From positions 1 through 61,351 of the forward strand of contig JACRPT010000152.1 of NCBI GenBank assembly GCA_016223045.1: a stretch of 61,351 nt of DNA, written 5' to 3'. Position 1 is the stretch's first letter. Each line of letters starts with the position of its first letter. The notes beneath the pieces were generated by a model. It had not been told where the DNA came from. It worked only from the letters and a program-made list of their open reading frames with translations, and made no database searches. Below are positions 1 through 13,013 of the stretch, in pieces. The translations under genes and the position numbers were made by a program. The DNA comes from Candidatus Eiseniibacteriota bacterium (lineage in GTDB: Bacteria; Eisenbacteria; RBG-16-71-46).

Positions 1-54
1 AGCGGGGGTCTTACCGCCAGCCGCTTGTTCAGCGGTGTCACGTAGGATCTACCA

Positions 55-711
55 ATGATGCCCCTGCGGCTCCCGTTCAAGTTCAAGGAGGTGTGGCGCC
101 GCTTCGGCGACCGGCCGTTCGCGCTCCTCGACGTAGGCGCGGGCAACCACTCCGCGAGTCTCACCAAGCGCTGGTTCCCCAACTGCCACTATGCAGGCAT
201 CGACCGCGACCGCAGCTACAACAACGACGGCGCCGACTTCGCCGCGATGGACGAGTTCTTCGAGCTCGACCTGACGGATCTCAGGTTCGAGGCGATCCCC
301 GGGGCGCGCTACGACGTCATCCTCATGGCGCACGTGATCGAGCACCTGCCGAATGGTGATGAAGTCATCCGCGGGCTGGTCCCGAAGCTCAGGCCGGGCG
401 GGGTCATCTGCATCGAGTTCCCGGGCAGGCGCAGCCTGCACCTGCCGTCGAAGAAGGGCACGCTCAATTTCCACGACGACCCCACGCACGTGCGACTCTT
501 AACTGCCGGCGAGGTCGCGGGACTGCTGCGCGGGCTCGGTCTGGAGGTGCTGCGCGCGGGCACGCGCCGCGACCCGCTGGGCATCCTGCTTCTCCCGGTC
601 CACGCCCTGCGGGCGAAGCAGGCGCACGGCTACGTGCCGGGTGGCGTGTTCTGGGACCTCCTCGGCTTCGCCGACTACGTGGTGGGAAGGCGGCCCGAGA
701 GCAGCCGCTGA
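55..711 (+). CDS. Class I SAM-dependent methyltransferase
   Basis: LLDVGAG motif I, HVIEHL motif, DDPTH; high-GC3 codon usage. Confidence 0.85.
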   Translation: MMPLRLPFKFKEVWRRFGDRPFALLDVGAGNHSASLTKRWFPNCHYAGIDRDRSYNNDGADFAAMDEFFELDLTDLRFEAIPGARYDVILMAHVIEHLPNGDEVIRGLVPKLRPGGVICIEFPGRRSLHLPSKKGTLNFHDDPTHVRLLTAGEVAGLLRGLGLEVLRAGTRRDPLGILLLPVHALRAKQAHGYVPGGVFWDLLGFADYVVGRRPESSR

Positions 712-1721
712 ACCCGCACCCGCCCGCGCACCAGCGCGAGCGTGAGCGCGAACGGCACCAGCAACACCACCGGCAGCCGCAGCGGCGAGAACCGCCACTT
801 CGCCCACACCGGCAGGAACGCCGCGCCCGCCACCGCCAGGAGCGGGACCACCGCGCCCCGCGCCCCGGCCACCGCGGCGACCAGCGCCACGCCGACCGCC
901 AGCACGCAGCCCACGCTGGCGCGCACGATGGGCCGGCGCACGCGCAACGGCCCCAGCCGGTGCACCTCGACGCGGGTGCGGAACAGCGCGGGGTGCTTCG
1001 CCGCCAGCAGCGGGTCCATCTCGTGCCGGCGCGCCCAGCGCAGGGGATCGAGGAAGCGCGCGTGCTCCTCGGGGTGTGTGACCACCGCGCCCGGCTCGCG
1101 GGCCACGCGCGCGCCGCGATCTTCGAGCGTGAAGCCGAGGTCGGCGTCCTCGCGGAAGTAAACGCCGCTCTTCGCGTCGAAGAAGCGCTCGTCGTAGCCT
1201 CCCGCGGCCTCGAACACCGCGCGGCGCACGAACAGGTTGGTCGGCAGGAAGAGCGGCTGGTCCTGCGCCTGCCGGTGCACGGGCCGCCCGCCGGGCTTGA
1301 CGGTGAGCCCTTCGAGCACGTCGAGCGCGGGCTCGCGTTCCAGCCGCTCCGCGGCGCGCTGGAGCCAGTCGGCCTCGGGCGTGACGTCGTCCTCGGTGAA
1401 GGCGAGGAAGGTGCCGCGGGCGAGCGCGGCGCCGCGATTGCGCGCGGCGCCCGGCCCGGCGCGGCGCTCGAGCGTGACGATGCGCACCTGCAGCACCTCG
1501 GGCCGCGCGGCGACGGCGGGCGCGACGTCCGCCCGACCGCCGAGCGCTTCGAGCTTCGCGTCCACCGCGGGCGCAGCATCCGCGCCGTCGAGCGCCACGA
1601 TCACCTCGAAGCGCTCGTGAGGCAGGCTCTGGCGGGCGAGCGCTTCGAGCAGCGTGAGGAGCTTGGCCTCCTCGCCGCGCGAAGGGACGACGACCGAGAA
1701 CAGCAGGGACGCTTCGCTCAC
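675..1721 (-). CDS. Glycosyltransferase family 2
   Basis: FSVVVP, GPGAARNRG, FTEDD (DxD), GGYDE..F..ED.DL motifs; GTG start; 37-bp convergent overlap with the upstream gene. Confidence 0.9.
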   Translation of the reverse strand: MSEASLLFSVVVPSRGEEAKLLTLLEALARQSLPHERFEVIVALDGADAAPAVDAKLEALGGRADVAPAVAARPEVLQVRIVTLERRAGPGAARNRGAALARGTFLAFTEDDVTPEADWLQRAAERLEREPALDVLEGLTVKPGGRPVHRQAQDQPLFLPTNLFVRRAVFEAAGGYDERFFDAKSGVYFREDADLGFTLEDRGARVAREPGAVVTHPEEHARFLDPLRWARRHEMDPLLAAKHPALFRTRVEVHRLGPLRVRRPIVRASVGCVLAVGVALVAAVAGARGAVVPLLAVAGAAFLPVWAKWRFSPLRLPVVLLVPFALTLALVRGRVRVQRLLSGRLPTT

Positions 1722-1853
1722 GGGACCCCGGGTGGTGGAAGGACAGGTCGGCGCGCGGTCGCGCCGCAGCTTCCGGCCTCGCCCCGCGCCGCGTCAAGGC
1801 GGGCCCGGCCGCGCTTGCGCCGCGACGCACCCGCGCCGTAGCCTGCGCTTCGT

Positions 1854-3251
1854 ATGCTCGCCCGCCATCGCCAGCTCCTCGCCACCGGCGTCTTCGCGCT
1901 CGACGGGGCGCTGATCGCGGCCTCGTGGCTCGGGGCCTACTGGCTGCGCTTCGTCGCGCTCGGCCTGCCCGCGCCGCTCGGCGTGCCGCCGCTCTCGCTC
2001 TACCTGTGGTTCGGCGCGGTCACCACGCCGATCGCGCTGCTGGTGCTGCGCTCGTTCAAGATCTACCGCTCGGCCCGCACCGCGCCGCTCGGGCAGGAGA
2101 TCGGCGCGCTCGCGCAGGGCATGGCGATCGTAACCGCGGTCGCCGGCCTCGCCTCGTACTTCGCGCGCGGCGAGCTGTCGCGCTCGATGCTGGTGATGTT
2201 CTGCGCGCTCGCCACCGCGCTGCTGGTCGCGAGCCGCGTCGGGATCAGGCTCGCGCTGCGCCGCATGCGCCGCGCCGGCCGCAACCTGCGCCACACCCTG
2301 GTGGTCGGGACGGGCGAGCTGGCCGCGCGCCTGCTGCGCAAGATGTCTGCCCATCCCGACTACGGCATTACGGTCGCGGGGATGGTGGCGGAGCGCGCCG
2401 GGGACGCGGGCCGCGTCGTCGAGGGCGTGCCGGTGGTCGGCACGGTCGCCGAGCTGGACCGGCTGGTCGAGACGCACGGCGCCGAGCTGGTCTACATGGC
2501 GCTCGCGCGCGCCGAGTGGGAGGCGGAGCAGGAGGCGCTGGCGCGGCTCGCCAACTCGACCGCGGCGGTGCGGCTGGTGCCCGACCTCGCGCAGGCCTTC
2601 GTCCTGAACGCCACGGTCGAGGACTTCGACGGCATGCCGGTTGTGCTGGTGACCGAGACGCCGGGACTGGGCTGGAACGCGGTCTTGAAGCGCCTCTTCG
2701 ACCTGGTGCTCTCGCTGGCCGCGCTGCTGGTGCTCTGGCCCGTGTTGCTGGCGGTCGCGCTGTGGGTCAGGCTCGATTCGCCGGGGGCGGTGCTCTACGC
2801 GCAGGAGCGCGTGGGCATGAACGGCCGGCGTTTCCGCATGCTCAAGTTCCGCACCATGCGCGCCGACGCGGAGCGGGAAGGCGCGGGCTGGAGCCGCCCC
2901 GGCGATCCGCGCCGCACCCGCGCGGGCGCGATCCTGCGCCGGCTCTCGCTCGACGAGCTGCCGCAGCTCTGGAACGTGCTGGTCGGGCACATGAGCCTGG
3001 TGGGTCCGCGCCCCGAGCAGCCCGTGTACGTGGACCGCTTCCGCGTGACCATCCCGCGCTACATGCTGCGCCACCACGTCAAGGCCGGCATCACCGGCTG
3101 GGCGCAGGTGAACGGGCTCCGGGGCGACACGCCGTTGGATCGGCGGATCGAGTACGACCTCTACTACATCCGCCACTGGTCGCCGGCCTTCGATCTCAGG
3201 ATCCTGCTGCTGACGCTGGTGCGCGTCTTCCGCGACGCCAGCGCGCACTGA
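1854..3251 (+). CDS. wcaJ: Undecaprenyl-phosphate glucose phosphotransferase (initiating sugar transferase)
   Basis: N-terminal TM helices, CoA-binding-like middle domain, KRLFD, KFRTM, DELPQLWNVL.G.MSLVGPRPE, GITGWAQVNG. Confidence 0.92.
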   Translation: MLARHRQLLATGVFALDGALIAASWLGAYWLRFVALGLPAPLGVPPLSLYLWFGAVTTPIALLVLRSFKIYRSARTAPLGQEIGALAQGMAIVTAVAGLASYFARGELSRSMLVMFCALATALLVASRVGIRLALRRMRRAGRNLRHTLVVGTGELAARLLRKMSAHPDYGITVAGMVAERAGDAGRVVEGVPVVGTVAELDRLVETHGAELVYMALARAEWEAEQEALARLANSTAAVRLVPDLAQAFVLNATVEDFDGMPVVLVTETPGLGWNAVLKRLFDLVLSLAALLVLWPVLLAVALWVRLDSPGAVLYAQERVGMNGRRFRMLKFRTMRADAEREGAGWSRPGDPRRTRAGAILRRLSLDELPQLWNVLVGHMSLVGPRPEQPVYVDRFRVTIPRYMLRHHVKAGITGWAQVNGLRGDTPLDRRIEYDLYYIRHWSPAFDLRILLLTLVRVFRDASAH

Positions 3252-4030
3252 TGCCCGGGTCCGCGCCGCACGCCGGGCCGGTCCCGGACGACGCCATCCT
3301 GCGCGAGATCATCGCGCGGGCGGTGCCCGGCGTGCCGGAGCTGCCGCAGTTCCACAGCCTGGCGGGCGCGCGGCAGTACCGGCACCTCTACCGCATGGTG
3401 CGCCGCCACGTGCCGGCGGGCGCGCGGGTGCTCGACTGGGGCACCGGCAGCGGGCACTTCTCCTACTTCCTCACCCGCGCGGGCTACCGCGCCACCGGGT
3501 TCTCGATCGCAGGCGTCTCGCACGCCGCGTGGCTGGGCGAGCCCTACGAGCGCTTCGTCGGCGGCAATGCGACCGACCCGGTGACGCTGCCCTTCGAGAG
3601 CGGATCCTTCGACGCCGTGGCCTCGGTCGGCGTGCTCGAGCACGTGCGCGAGACCGGCGGCAGCGAGGCGGCGAGCCTCGACGAGATCGCGCGCGTGCTC
3701 GTGCCGGGCGGCGCGTTCCTCTGCTACCACTTCCCGAACCGCACGAGCTGGGTGGATTTCGCCGCGCGCCGCGTTCCCGGCAGGCACCACCACGTCCACC
3801 GCTACGGGCGCGCCGACATCGAAGGGCTGGTGCGCGCGGCGGGCCTCGAGCTGGTGGAGGCGCGGCGCTACGGGTTCCTGCCGCGCAACTCGCTCCATCG
3901 CGTGCCGGGCCCGTTGCGCGAGGCGCGCTGGGCCGCCGACCTGTGGGACGCGCTGGACGCCGGGCTGGGCGCGCTGCTCTCGCCGCTCTGCCAGAACTGG
4001 GCGTTCGTGGCGCGCAAGCCGGCGCGCTGA
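3251..4030 (+). CDS. Class I SAM-dependent methyltransferase
   Basis: ATG overlaps the wcaJ TGA; VLDWGTGSG, LPFESGSFD, GVLEHV. Confidence 0.85.
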   Translation: MPGSAPHAGPVPDDAILREIIARAVPGVPELPQFHSLAGARQYRHLYRMVRRHVPAGARVLDWGTGSGHFSYFLTRAGYRATGFSIAGVSHAAWLGEPYERFVGGNATDPVTLPFESGSFDAVASVGVLEHVRETGGSEAASLDEIARVLVPGGAFLCYHFPNRTSWVDFAARRVPGRHHHVHRYGRADIEGLVRAAGLELVEARRYGFLPRNSLHRVPGPLREARWAADLWDALDAGLGALLSPLCQNWAFVARKPAR

Positions 4031-4147
4031 AGCGGGGAGGCGCCGGAGGACCTCGCCCGGCGCTGCGCGGTTCCCGCCGCGCGGCGGACACGCCGGCTGG
4101 CTGCCGTCGTGCCGCGGCTCCGGCGTGCGCGCGCCGCGAGACGCCGC

Positions 4148-7087
<2,940 letters not shown>

Positions 7088-7091
<4 letters not shown>

Positions 7092-7888
7092 GGTGATCGC
7101 AACCCGCGCCGCAGGGTCTCGCAGTCCGCGAGCGTCAGCGAGGGGCGGAGCCTGCGGATGGCGGGGAAGAGCAATCCGTTCCAGCGCTCGGCGGCGCGCC
7201 AGCGCCACGCCGGGAACGGCGCGCGGGCGAACACCTGCCACGTCGGCCCGGCCAGCACGTGCGGGTAGCCGCAGGCCTGGCCCAGGCGCCGGAGCGTGTC
7301 GGCGCGATAGAACGCGACGTGCTGGCCGCTCTCCACCGAAAGGTACTCCCAGTCCTGCGCCGGGCGTGGCCCGGGATGGAGCCGGGTGCTGGTGATGATC
7401 CAGTCGGCGCCATGGCTGGCGATGCGGCGGAACTCCTCGAGTGGCTGCACCAGGTGCTCGAGCACCTAGAACGCCGTGCACGCGACGGGAGGGCCCAGGT
7501 CGTCGCGCCATTCGAAGCCGCGGGCGAACAGGTTGGTGGCGTAGGGGTCCATCCAGTGGAAGCGGAAGCCAGCGTCCCGCATCAGCCGCACGAACACGCC
7601 GTAGCCCGCGGCGTAGTCGAGGCACGGGCGGTCACCCACGCCGCACAGGTGCAGGAACGTCGCCGCGACCCGGCAGGCCAGCCGGTTCCGCTCCAGCAGC
7701 CCGGTGTCGGTCGGGTGCAGCGCGTCGGCGTACGCCTCCTCGAGCCAGGTCGGCGTCGCCGTCTGGGTGAGCCCGCAGGCCTCGCACTGGTAGTAGCCGG
7801 CCGGGTAGCGGCCGAGGACGGTCCGCTCGAACAGCAGGCGGGCCGGCTGGCCGCATAGCCGGCAGGCGGTCGTCGCGTCATGGGTCAG
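7088..7888 (-). pseudogene. Class I SAM methyltransferase with N-terminal CxxC motifs, interrupted by an in-frame TAG at 7466-7468
   Basis: CRLC..CEAC, LDYAAGYG, TAF*VLEHL (TAFEVLEH expected); the frame continues intact on both sides; the likely start is a CTG overlapping the flippase stop. Confidence 0.75.
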
Positions 7889-9219
7889 TCCCTTCTCGGC
7901 GTCCCGCGCAGCAGCGCCCGGCACTGCAACCGGAACAGGCCGCGCGTCGGGGCGAAGGCGGCGTTCGCGAGCCAGTACGCCAGCGTCTGCGCCGCCAGCG
8001 TGGCGAGCGCGGCGCCCCGCGCGCCGAAAGCCGGGATGAGCCACAGGTTGAGTGCCACGTTGGCGGCTGCGGCGATGATGCTCCGCACCATCAGGTCGCG
8101 CTGGCGCTCCTCGGCGATGAACCAGTTGCTGATGCCGACGCCCATGAAGAGCGCCGGCGCGCTCCAGATGTGGAGCGCCAGCACCGGGCCCGAGTCGGCG
8201 AACTCCGGGCCGAACAGCGTGGTGACGATGGGGCGGGCGAGGAGGGAGACCGGCAGCGCGATCCCGACCGCGGTCCAGGTGAGGACGAAGAACACGCGCT
8301 GGAGCCGCCGGTCGTACTCCGCACGGTCGCGCCGGTGCGAGCGCAGCAGCGCGGGCGCCGCGGCGTTCATGAAGGCGACCGGGATGAAGAACAGGATCTC
8401 GGTGAGGCGCTGGGCCGCGGCGTAGATGCCGTTCTCGTGCTCGCTGCGCATCAGCGTGAGCATGGCCTGGTCGATGCGGATCGAGAGCATCACCGCGGCG
8501 CCGTTGAGCACCAGCGGCCACGCGTCGCGCAGCAGCTGTGAGGCCACGGCAGGGCGCCAGCACCACCCGGCCGGGGCATCGCCCTGGCGGCGGTAGGCCA
8601 GCGCCAGCCCCACGGCTGCCAGCACGTACTCGCCCGCCATGGTCATGGCCAGGACGACGATTGGCGCGCCGGCGATCAGCGCCCAGGTCTTGGCGATGGA
8701 GGAGAGGACGAACGCCACGCTGCGCGCCACCACGTAGGGCGCCACGCGGGTGCGGCTCTGGAACCACGACTCGACCACGTCGAGCGCGAGGAAGAAGTAG
8801 ATGCTCGCGAACACCATCGCCAGCGCCAGCGCCGTGCGGTTGTCGGGGCGCAGGAGGGCGATGGTCGCGACCGAGAGCGCGAAGGTGGCGGCCGCGCCTG
8901 CCAGCCGCAGGCCCAGCGCGCTGCCCAGGATCTCGCGGGTCTCGTCCGGGCGGCGCACCAGGTCGCGCACCAGGATGGTCTCGAGGCCGAGCTGGCTCAG
9001 GATGGCGAGGATCCCGACCACGCTCTGGGCGAAGCTGAACAGCCCGAGCTGCTGCGCGCCCAGGTAGCGGATCATCCACACGTTCAGCACGGTGCCGACC
9101 GCGAGGCGGAACACGCGGTCGGCCGCGAGCCATCCGACGTTGCGCTGGATGACGGCGCCCTCCTCGCCGACCGCGAGGAACGGCGCGGCGAAGGCGCGGA
9201 AGCGCGCGGAAAGGCTCAT
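7885..9219 (-). CDS. wzx: Polysaccharide flippase (Wzx/PST family)
   Basis: N..WL..DR..R, RYLG....G, many TM helices, RIDQAML, GIYAAAQRL, LIPAFGARGAA.AT. Confidence 0.88.
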   Translation of the reverse strand: MSLSARFRAFAAPFLAVGEEGAVIQRNVGWLAADRVFRLAVGTVLNVWMIRYLGAQQLGLFSFAQSVVGILAILSQLGLETILVRDLVRRPDETREILGSALGLRLAGAAATFALSVATIALLRPDNRTALALAMVFASIYFFLALDVVESWFQSRTRVAPYVVARSVAFVLSSIAKTWALIAGAPIVVLAMTMAGEYVLAAVGLALAYRRQGDAPAGWCWRPAVASQLLRDAWPLVLNGAAVMLSIRIDQAMLTLMRSEHENGIYAAAQRLTEILFFIPVAFMNAAAPALLRSHRRDRAEYDRRLQRVFFVLTWTAVGIALPVSLLARPIVTTLFGPEFADSGPVLALHIWSAPALFMGVGISNWFIAEERQRDLMVRSIIAAAANVALNLWLIPAFGARGAALATLAAQTLAYWLANAAFAPTRGLFRLQCRALLRGTPRRD

Positions 9220-10373
9220 GCCGTGGCGCCTCTCCGGGCGGCGAGGCCGCGCTCGAGCGCTTCGCCGAACGCGCGGTCGAAGGTCGCGGCCGAGAAGGGC
9301 AGCGCGCGCTCGCGCAGCCGGTGCGGATCGACGTCCAGCGTCTCGAAGTGCCGCATCGCCTCCACCAGCCCCTCCACGTTCTGCGTGCCGAACAGCACGC
9401 CGCCCGGGACCGCCGCCACGCCGCCGGCCTGCGCGCAGGCCAGCGCCCCGGGGCTCGCGCCGCCGCCCACGGTCTCGAGCGCGCCGCCGCGGGCGAAGGC
9501 GATCACCGGGCAGCCGCTCGCCATCGCCTCGACCGGCATGATGCCGAAATCCTCCTCGCCCGGGAACAGCAGAGCGCGGGCCCCGGCGTAGTAGCCGGCC
9601 ATCCGCTCGTCGCTCACCCAGCCGTGGAACTCGGTCCCGGGCGGCGCGAGCCCGCGCAGGACGCGCTCCTCCTGCCCGGTGCCCACGACCACGACGCGGC
9701 GGCCGAGGCGCCGGCAGGCCTCGAGCGCCAGATCGCCGCGCTTGTAGGGGGCGAAGGCCCCGGCCAGCAGATAGTAGTCGCGCGAGCCCGCCGCCGCGGC
9801 GAAGCGGTCCACGTCCACCGGCGGGTAGACCACCTCGGCCTCGCGGCCGTAGTGGCGGCGGATGCGCTCGGCCACGGTCCGCGAGTCGGCGAGCATCACG
9901 TGGGCGCGCGTGCTGGTCGCGCGGTCCCATGCGCGCAGGGCGGCGCAGGTGCGGCGCACGTACCAGGAGAGCGGCCACGGGAAGCGCCCGGGCGGGAAGT
10001 ACTGCGGCTCGAGGTCCCAGACGTAGCGCATCGGCGTGAAGACGTAGCTCAGGTGGAAGGCCCCGGGCGCCGCGATGGCGCTCTTGGCGGCGGCATGGCT
10101 GGTGGAGATCACCACGTCGTAGCCCCCGAGGTCGAGGCTCTCGATGGCGCGCGGGAACAGCGGCAGGAACCAGCGGTAGCGCCGCTCGGCATCGGGCAGG
10201 CGCTGCAGGAACGAGGTGACGATGCGGTGCGACTCGAGCGCGGGCGAGACCGAGCCGCGCTTCCACACCAGGGTGAAGATGGTCGCGTCCGGGTGCATGC
10301 GCGCGATGCGCTCGAGCACGCGCTCGCCGCCGCGCATGCCGGTGAGCCAGTCGTGGACCAGCGCCACCCTCAC
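9216..10373 (-). CDS. Glycosyltransferase family 4
   Basis: VALVHDWLTGMRGGERVL, TPMRY.WD, EEDFGIMPVEAMASG. Confidence 0.92.
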   Translation of the reverse strand: MRVALVHDWLTGMRGGERVLERIARMHPDATIFTLVWKRGSVSPALESHRIVTSFLQRLPDAERRYRWFLPLFPRAIESLDLGGYDVVISTSHAAAKSAIAAPGAFHLSYVFTPMRYVWDLEPQYFPPGRFPWPLSWYVRRTCAALRAWDRATSTRAHVMLADSRTVAERIRRHYGREAEVVYPPVDVDRFAAAAGSRDYYLLAGAFAPYKRGDLALEACRRLGRRVVVVGTGQEERVLRGLAPPGTEFHGWVSDERMAGYYAGARALLFPGEEDFGIMPVEAMASGCPVIAFARGGALETVGGGASPGALACAQAGGVAAVPGGVLFGTQNVEGLVEAMRHFETLDVDPHRLRERALPFSAATFDRAFGEALERGLAARRGATA

Positions 10374-11635
10374 GGCGCGTGCTCCGGCGCGGCCGCCGCG
10401 AGCCCGGCGGTGCCCTCGCCCGGCGCGGAGACCGCCGGCGCCTCCCAGCCGCGCGCGGCCCAGGCGAGCCCCACCAGCGTGAAGAGCAGGTAGAGCAGCT
10501 CCTCGTCGCCGAAGTTCCATTCGAAGAGCCCGGCCACCAGGAACCCGGAGAAGGCCGCCGTCACGCCGAGGCGCAGGCCGGCCGCGAGACCGCCGGCGCG
10601 CAGCGCGGGGGCGAGGTCCCGCGTGGTGGCGCGGAACAGGCCGAAGACCAGCCACGCGAACGCCATGAGCCCGACGATTCCCATGCTGGCTGCCACCTGG
10701 ATCGGCACGCTGTGCAGGTGGCCGGCCCGCTCGTGCGCCTGCGGGGGCCGGTAGCGGTCGTAGACCGTCTTCAGGTCCTGGAGCCCGACACCGGTGAGCG
10801 GGTGGTCGCCAAACATGCGGAGCCCGGCCTGCCACATGTAGGTGCGCTCGAGGTTCACGGGATGGCGCGGGTCGAAGGCGCTGAGCGCGCGCGCCCGGTA
10901 CGGGGCGGGCGCCGCCACCAGCGCCAGCGCGATGACCGCCGCGAGCGCCGGCAGCCGGCGCGGGCGCACCGCGCCGAGCAGCACCGCGAGCGCGACCGCG
11001 AGCCCGATCCAGGCGCTGCGGGTGAAGGTGACGGCCAGCGCCGCGGCTCCGAGCGCCGCCCCGGCGGCCGCCCCGGCGCGCCAGCGCGGCTCGCGGGCGA
11101 GCACGGCCACGCCGGCCGCCGTGCCGGCGAGCAGCAGGAGCTGTCCCGCGAAGGTCATGTAGTGGCCGACCGCGCCGCGGGCCCGCGCGGCATGGCTCGC
11201 GCCGTGGGCCGCGAAGGCGCCGAGCCCGAAGGTCGCCCCGAGACCCGCGGAGACCAGCAGGACCGCGAGCGCGCGCCGCCCCCGGCGCGGGTCGCGCGCG
11301 TGGAAGGCCGCGAGCAGGACCAGCGCCGGCATCAGCCCCTTCGACACCCGCGCCAGGCTCGCCGTGCGGTCCAGCGCGAACGCAGCGGAAAGCACCAGGG
11401 CGGCGAGCCACCCCAGCGCCGGCAGGTCCACCGGCGTGCGCTGCGCTACCAGGCCGGGGCGGCGCACCCACAGTGGTAGCGTGAGGGCGGCGCAGAGCCC
11501 CGCAGCGATGGACATCGGTGCGATGCTCCAGGGCAGACTGGCGACCATCAGGAGGAAGCTCCCGGCCGCGGCCTGCCCGAGCGGGGTGTCGGGCGGCCCG
11601 GGGGGCAACGGCAGCCGGGCCGGCCGCTCGATCAT
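10370..11635 (-). CDS. O-antigen ligase/Wzy_C family membrane protein
   Basis: Polytopic; T.TRSAWIG, R..MW..G..MF.DHPLTGVG, HLHS motif. Confidence 0.85.
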   Translation of the reverse strand: MIERPARLPLPPGPPDTPLGQAAAGSFLLMVASLPWSIAPMSIAAGLCAALTLPLWVRRPGLVAQRTPVDLPALGWLAALVLSAAFALDRTASLARVSKGLMPALVLLAAFHARDPRRGRRALAVLLVSAGLGATFGLGAFAAHGASHAARARGAVGHYMTFAGQLLLLAGTAAGVAVLAREPRWRAGAAAGAALGAAALAVTFTRSAWIGLAVALAVLLGAVRPRRLPALAAVIALALVAAPAPYRARALSAFDPRHPVNLERTYMWQAGLRMFGDHPLTGVGLQDLKTVYDRYRPPQAHERAGHLHSVPIQVAASMGIVGLMAFAWLVFGLFRATTRDLAPALRAGGLAAGLRLGVTAAFSGFLVAGLFEWNFGDEELLYLLFTLVGLAWAARGWEAPAVSAPGEGTAGLAAAAPEHAP

Positions 11636-11980
11636 CGTGTCCGGGACCAGGACTTGCACGGGAGGCCAGCGTCCGCGACGCACGTTCGGGGCGTGAGTTG
11701 CAAGCCGGGGACGCTATCCGAAGGGGTGACCGCCTGTCCAGAAGGGCGGGCCCAGGCCTTGAGTTTACCTGGTGCAAGATCCCGGTGATTCGGGGTATCA
11801 TGCCCCGGTTCTGATGCCCGAGACGGCACCGGGCCGCCGGGTCGCCATTGACACGGGCGACACGAATTCCCTAGCGTGCCGGCCACAGATCCTGCTCCCG
11901 AGGGTGCGCGAGTGCACCTGCGCCGATAAGGAACCCGTGCTGTCGAACGTCCACCGGGCAGATCCAGCGAAGGAACGCCA

Positions 11981-12979
11981 ATGAGAATCCTCGTAACGGG
12001 TGGAGCAGGGTTCATCGGCTCCCACCTGTCGGAATCGCTCCTCGAGCGTGGACACGAAGTCTGGGCCCTGGACGACCTCTCCACCGGTCGGCTCGAGAAC
12101 CTCCGCAGCTTCGAACGCCATCCGCGCTTCCGCTTCCTCGAAGGGAACGTCGTGGACCAGCCCATGGTCACGGGGCTGGTGGCCCAGTGCGACCGGGTGT
12201 TCCACCTGGCTGCGGCGGTGGGCGTGAAGTACGTCCTCGAGAACCCCCTGCGCTCGCTCATCACGAATATCCGCGGCACCGAGGTGGTGCTGGAGGCCTG
12301 TGCCGAGCACGGGCGCAAGGTGATGCTGTTCTCGAGCAGCGAGGTGTACGGGAAGGGTGTGGCCGTGCCGTTCCGCGAGGATGACGATCGGCTGATGGGC
12401 TCGACCCACAAGTTGCGCTGGTCGTACGCCTGCGGCAAGGCGGTGGACGAGTGCCTGGCCATCGCGTACCACGAGCAGCGCCAGCTCCCGGTGGTGGTGG
12501 TGCGCTGCTTCAACACCTGCGGCCCGCGCCAGTCGGGCGCCTACGGCATGGTGATCCCGAACATGATCGCGCGCGCGCTGCGCGGCGAGCCGATCCTGGT
12601 GTTCGGCGATGGCCAGCAGTCGCGCTGCTTCTCCGGGGTGAGCGACGTGGTGCGCGGATCGCTGATGCTGATGGATTGCCGTGAGGCCGAAGGCGAGATC
12701 TTCAACGTCGGCACCGACGAGGAGGTCACGATCGGCGAGCTGGCCGAGCGCATCCGCCGGGTCTGTGGCAGTGACTCCGAGATCGAGCACGTTCCCTACG
12801 AGAAGGTGTACGGCAGCTCGTTCGAGGACATGCTCCGCCGCGTGCCCGACCTCGCCAAGATCCGACGCTTCACCGGCTACCAGCCCGAGATCGGGCTCGA
12901 CCAGATGCTCGAGCTCACCGTGCGGGACATGTGCGAGCAGATGAGACGCCCGGTTCCGGCGGGACTCGCCACGGCCTGA
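11981..12979 (+). CDS. NAD-dependent nucleotide-sugar epimerase/dehydratase
   Basis: ILVTGGAGFIGSHL, HLAAAVGV, SSSEVYG, RWSYACGK (YxxxK), GDGQQSRCF. Confidence 0.92.
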   Translation: MRILVTGGAGFIGSHLSESLLERGHEVWALDDLSTGRLENLRSFERHPRFRFLEGNVVDQPMVTGLVAQCDRVFHLAAAVGVKYVLENPLRSLITNIRGTEVVLEACAEHGRKVMLFSSSEVYGKGVAVPFREDDDRLMGSTHKLRWSYACGKAVDECLAIAYHEQRQLPVVVVRCFNTCGPRQSGAYGMVIPNMIARALRGEPILVFGDGQQSRCFSGVSDVVRGSLMLMDCREAEGEIFNVGTDEEVTIGELAERIRRVCGSDSEIEHVPYEKVYGSSFEDMLRRVPDLAKIRRFTGYQPEIGLDQMLELTVRDMCEQMRRPVPAGLATA

Positions 12980-13013
12980 CCGGCCGCGCGCGGGCGGGGG
13001 CTACGGGAATCGC

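Noticed and set aside
11-18. ops-like GGCGGTAA on the minus strand near the polysaccharide locus
   Set aside because: The match is imperfect, lies at the window edge and is expected by chance at this GC content.
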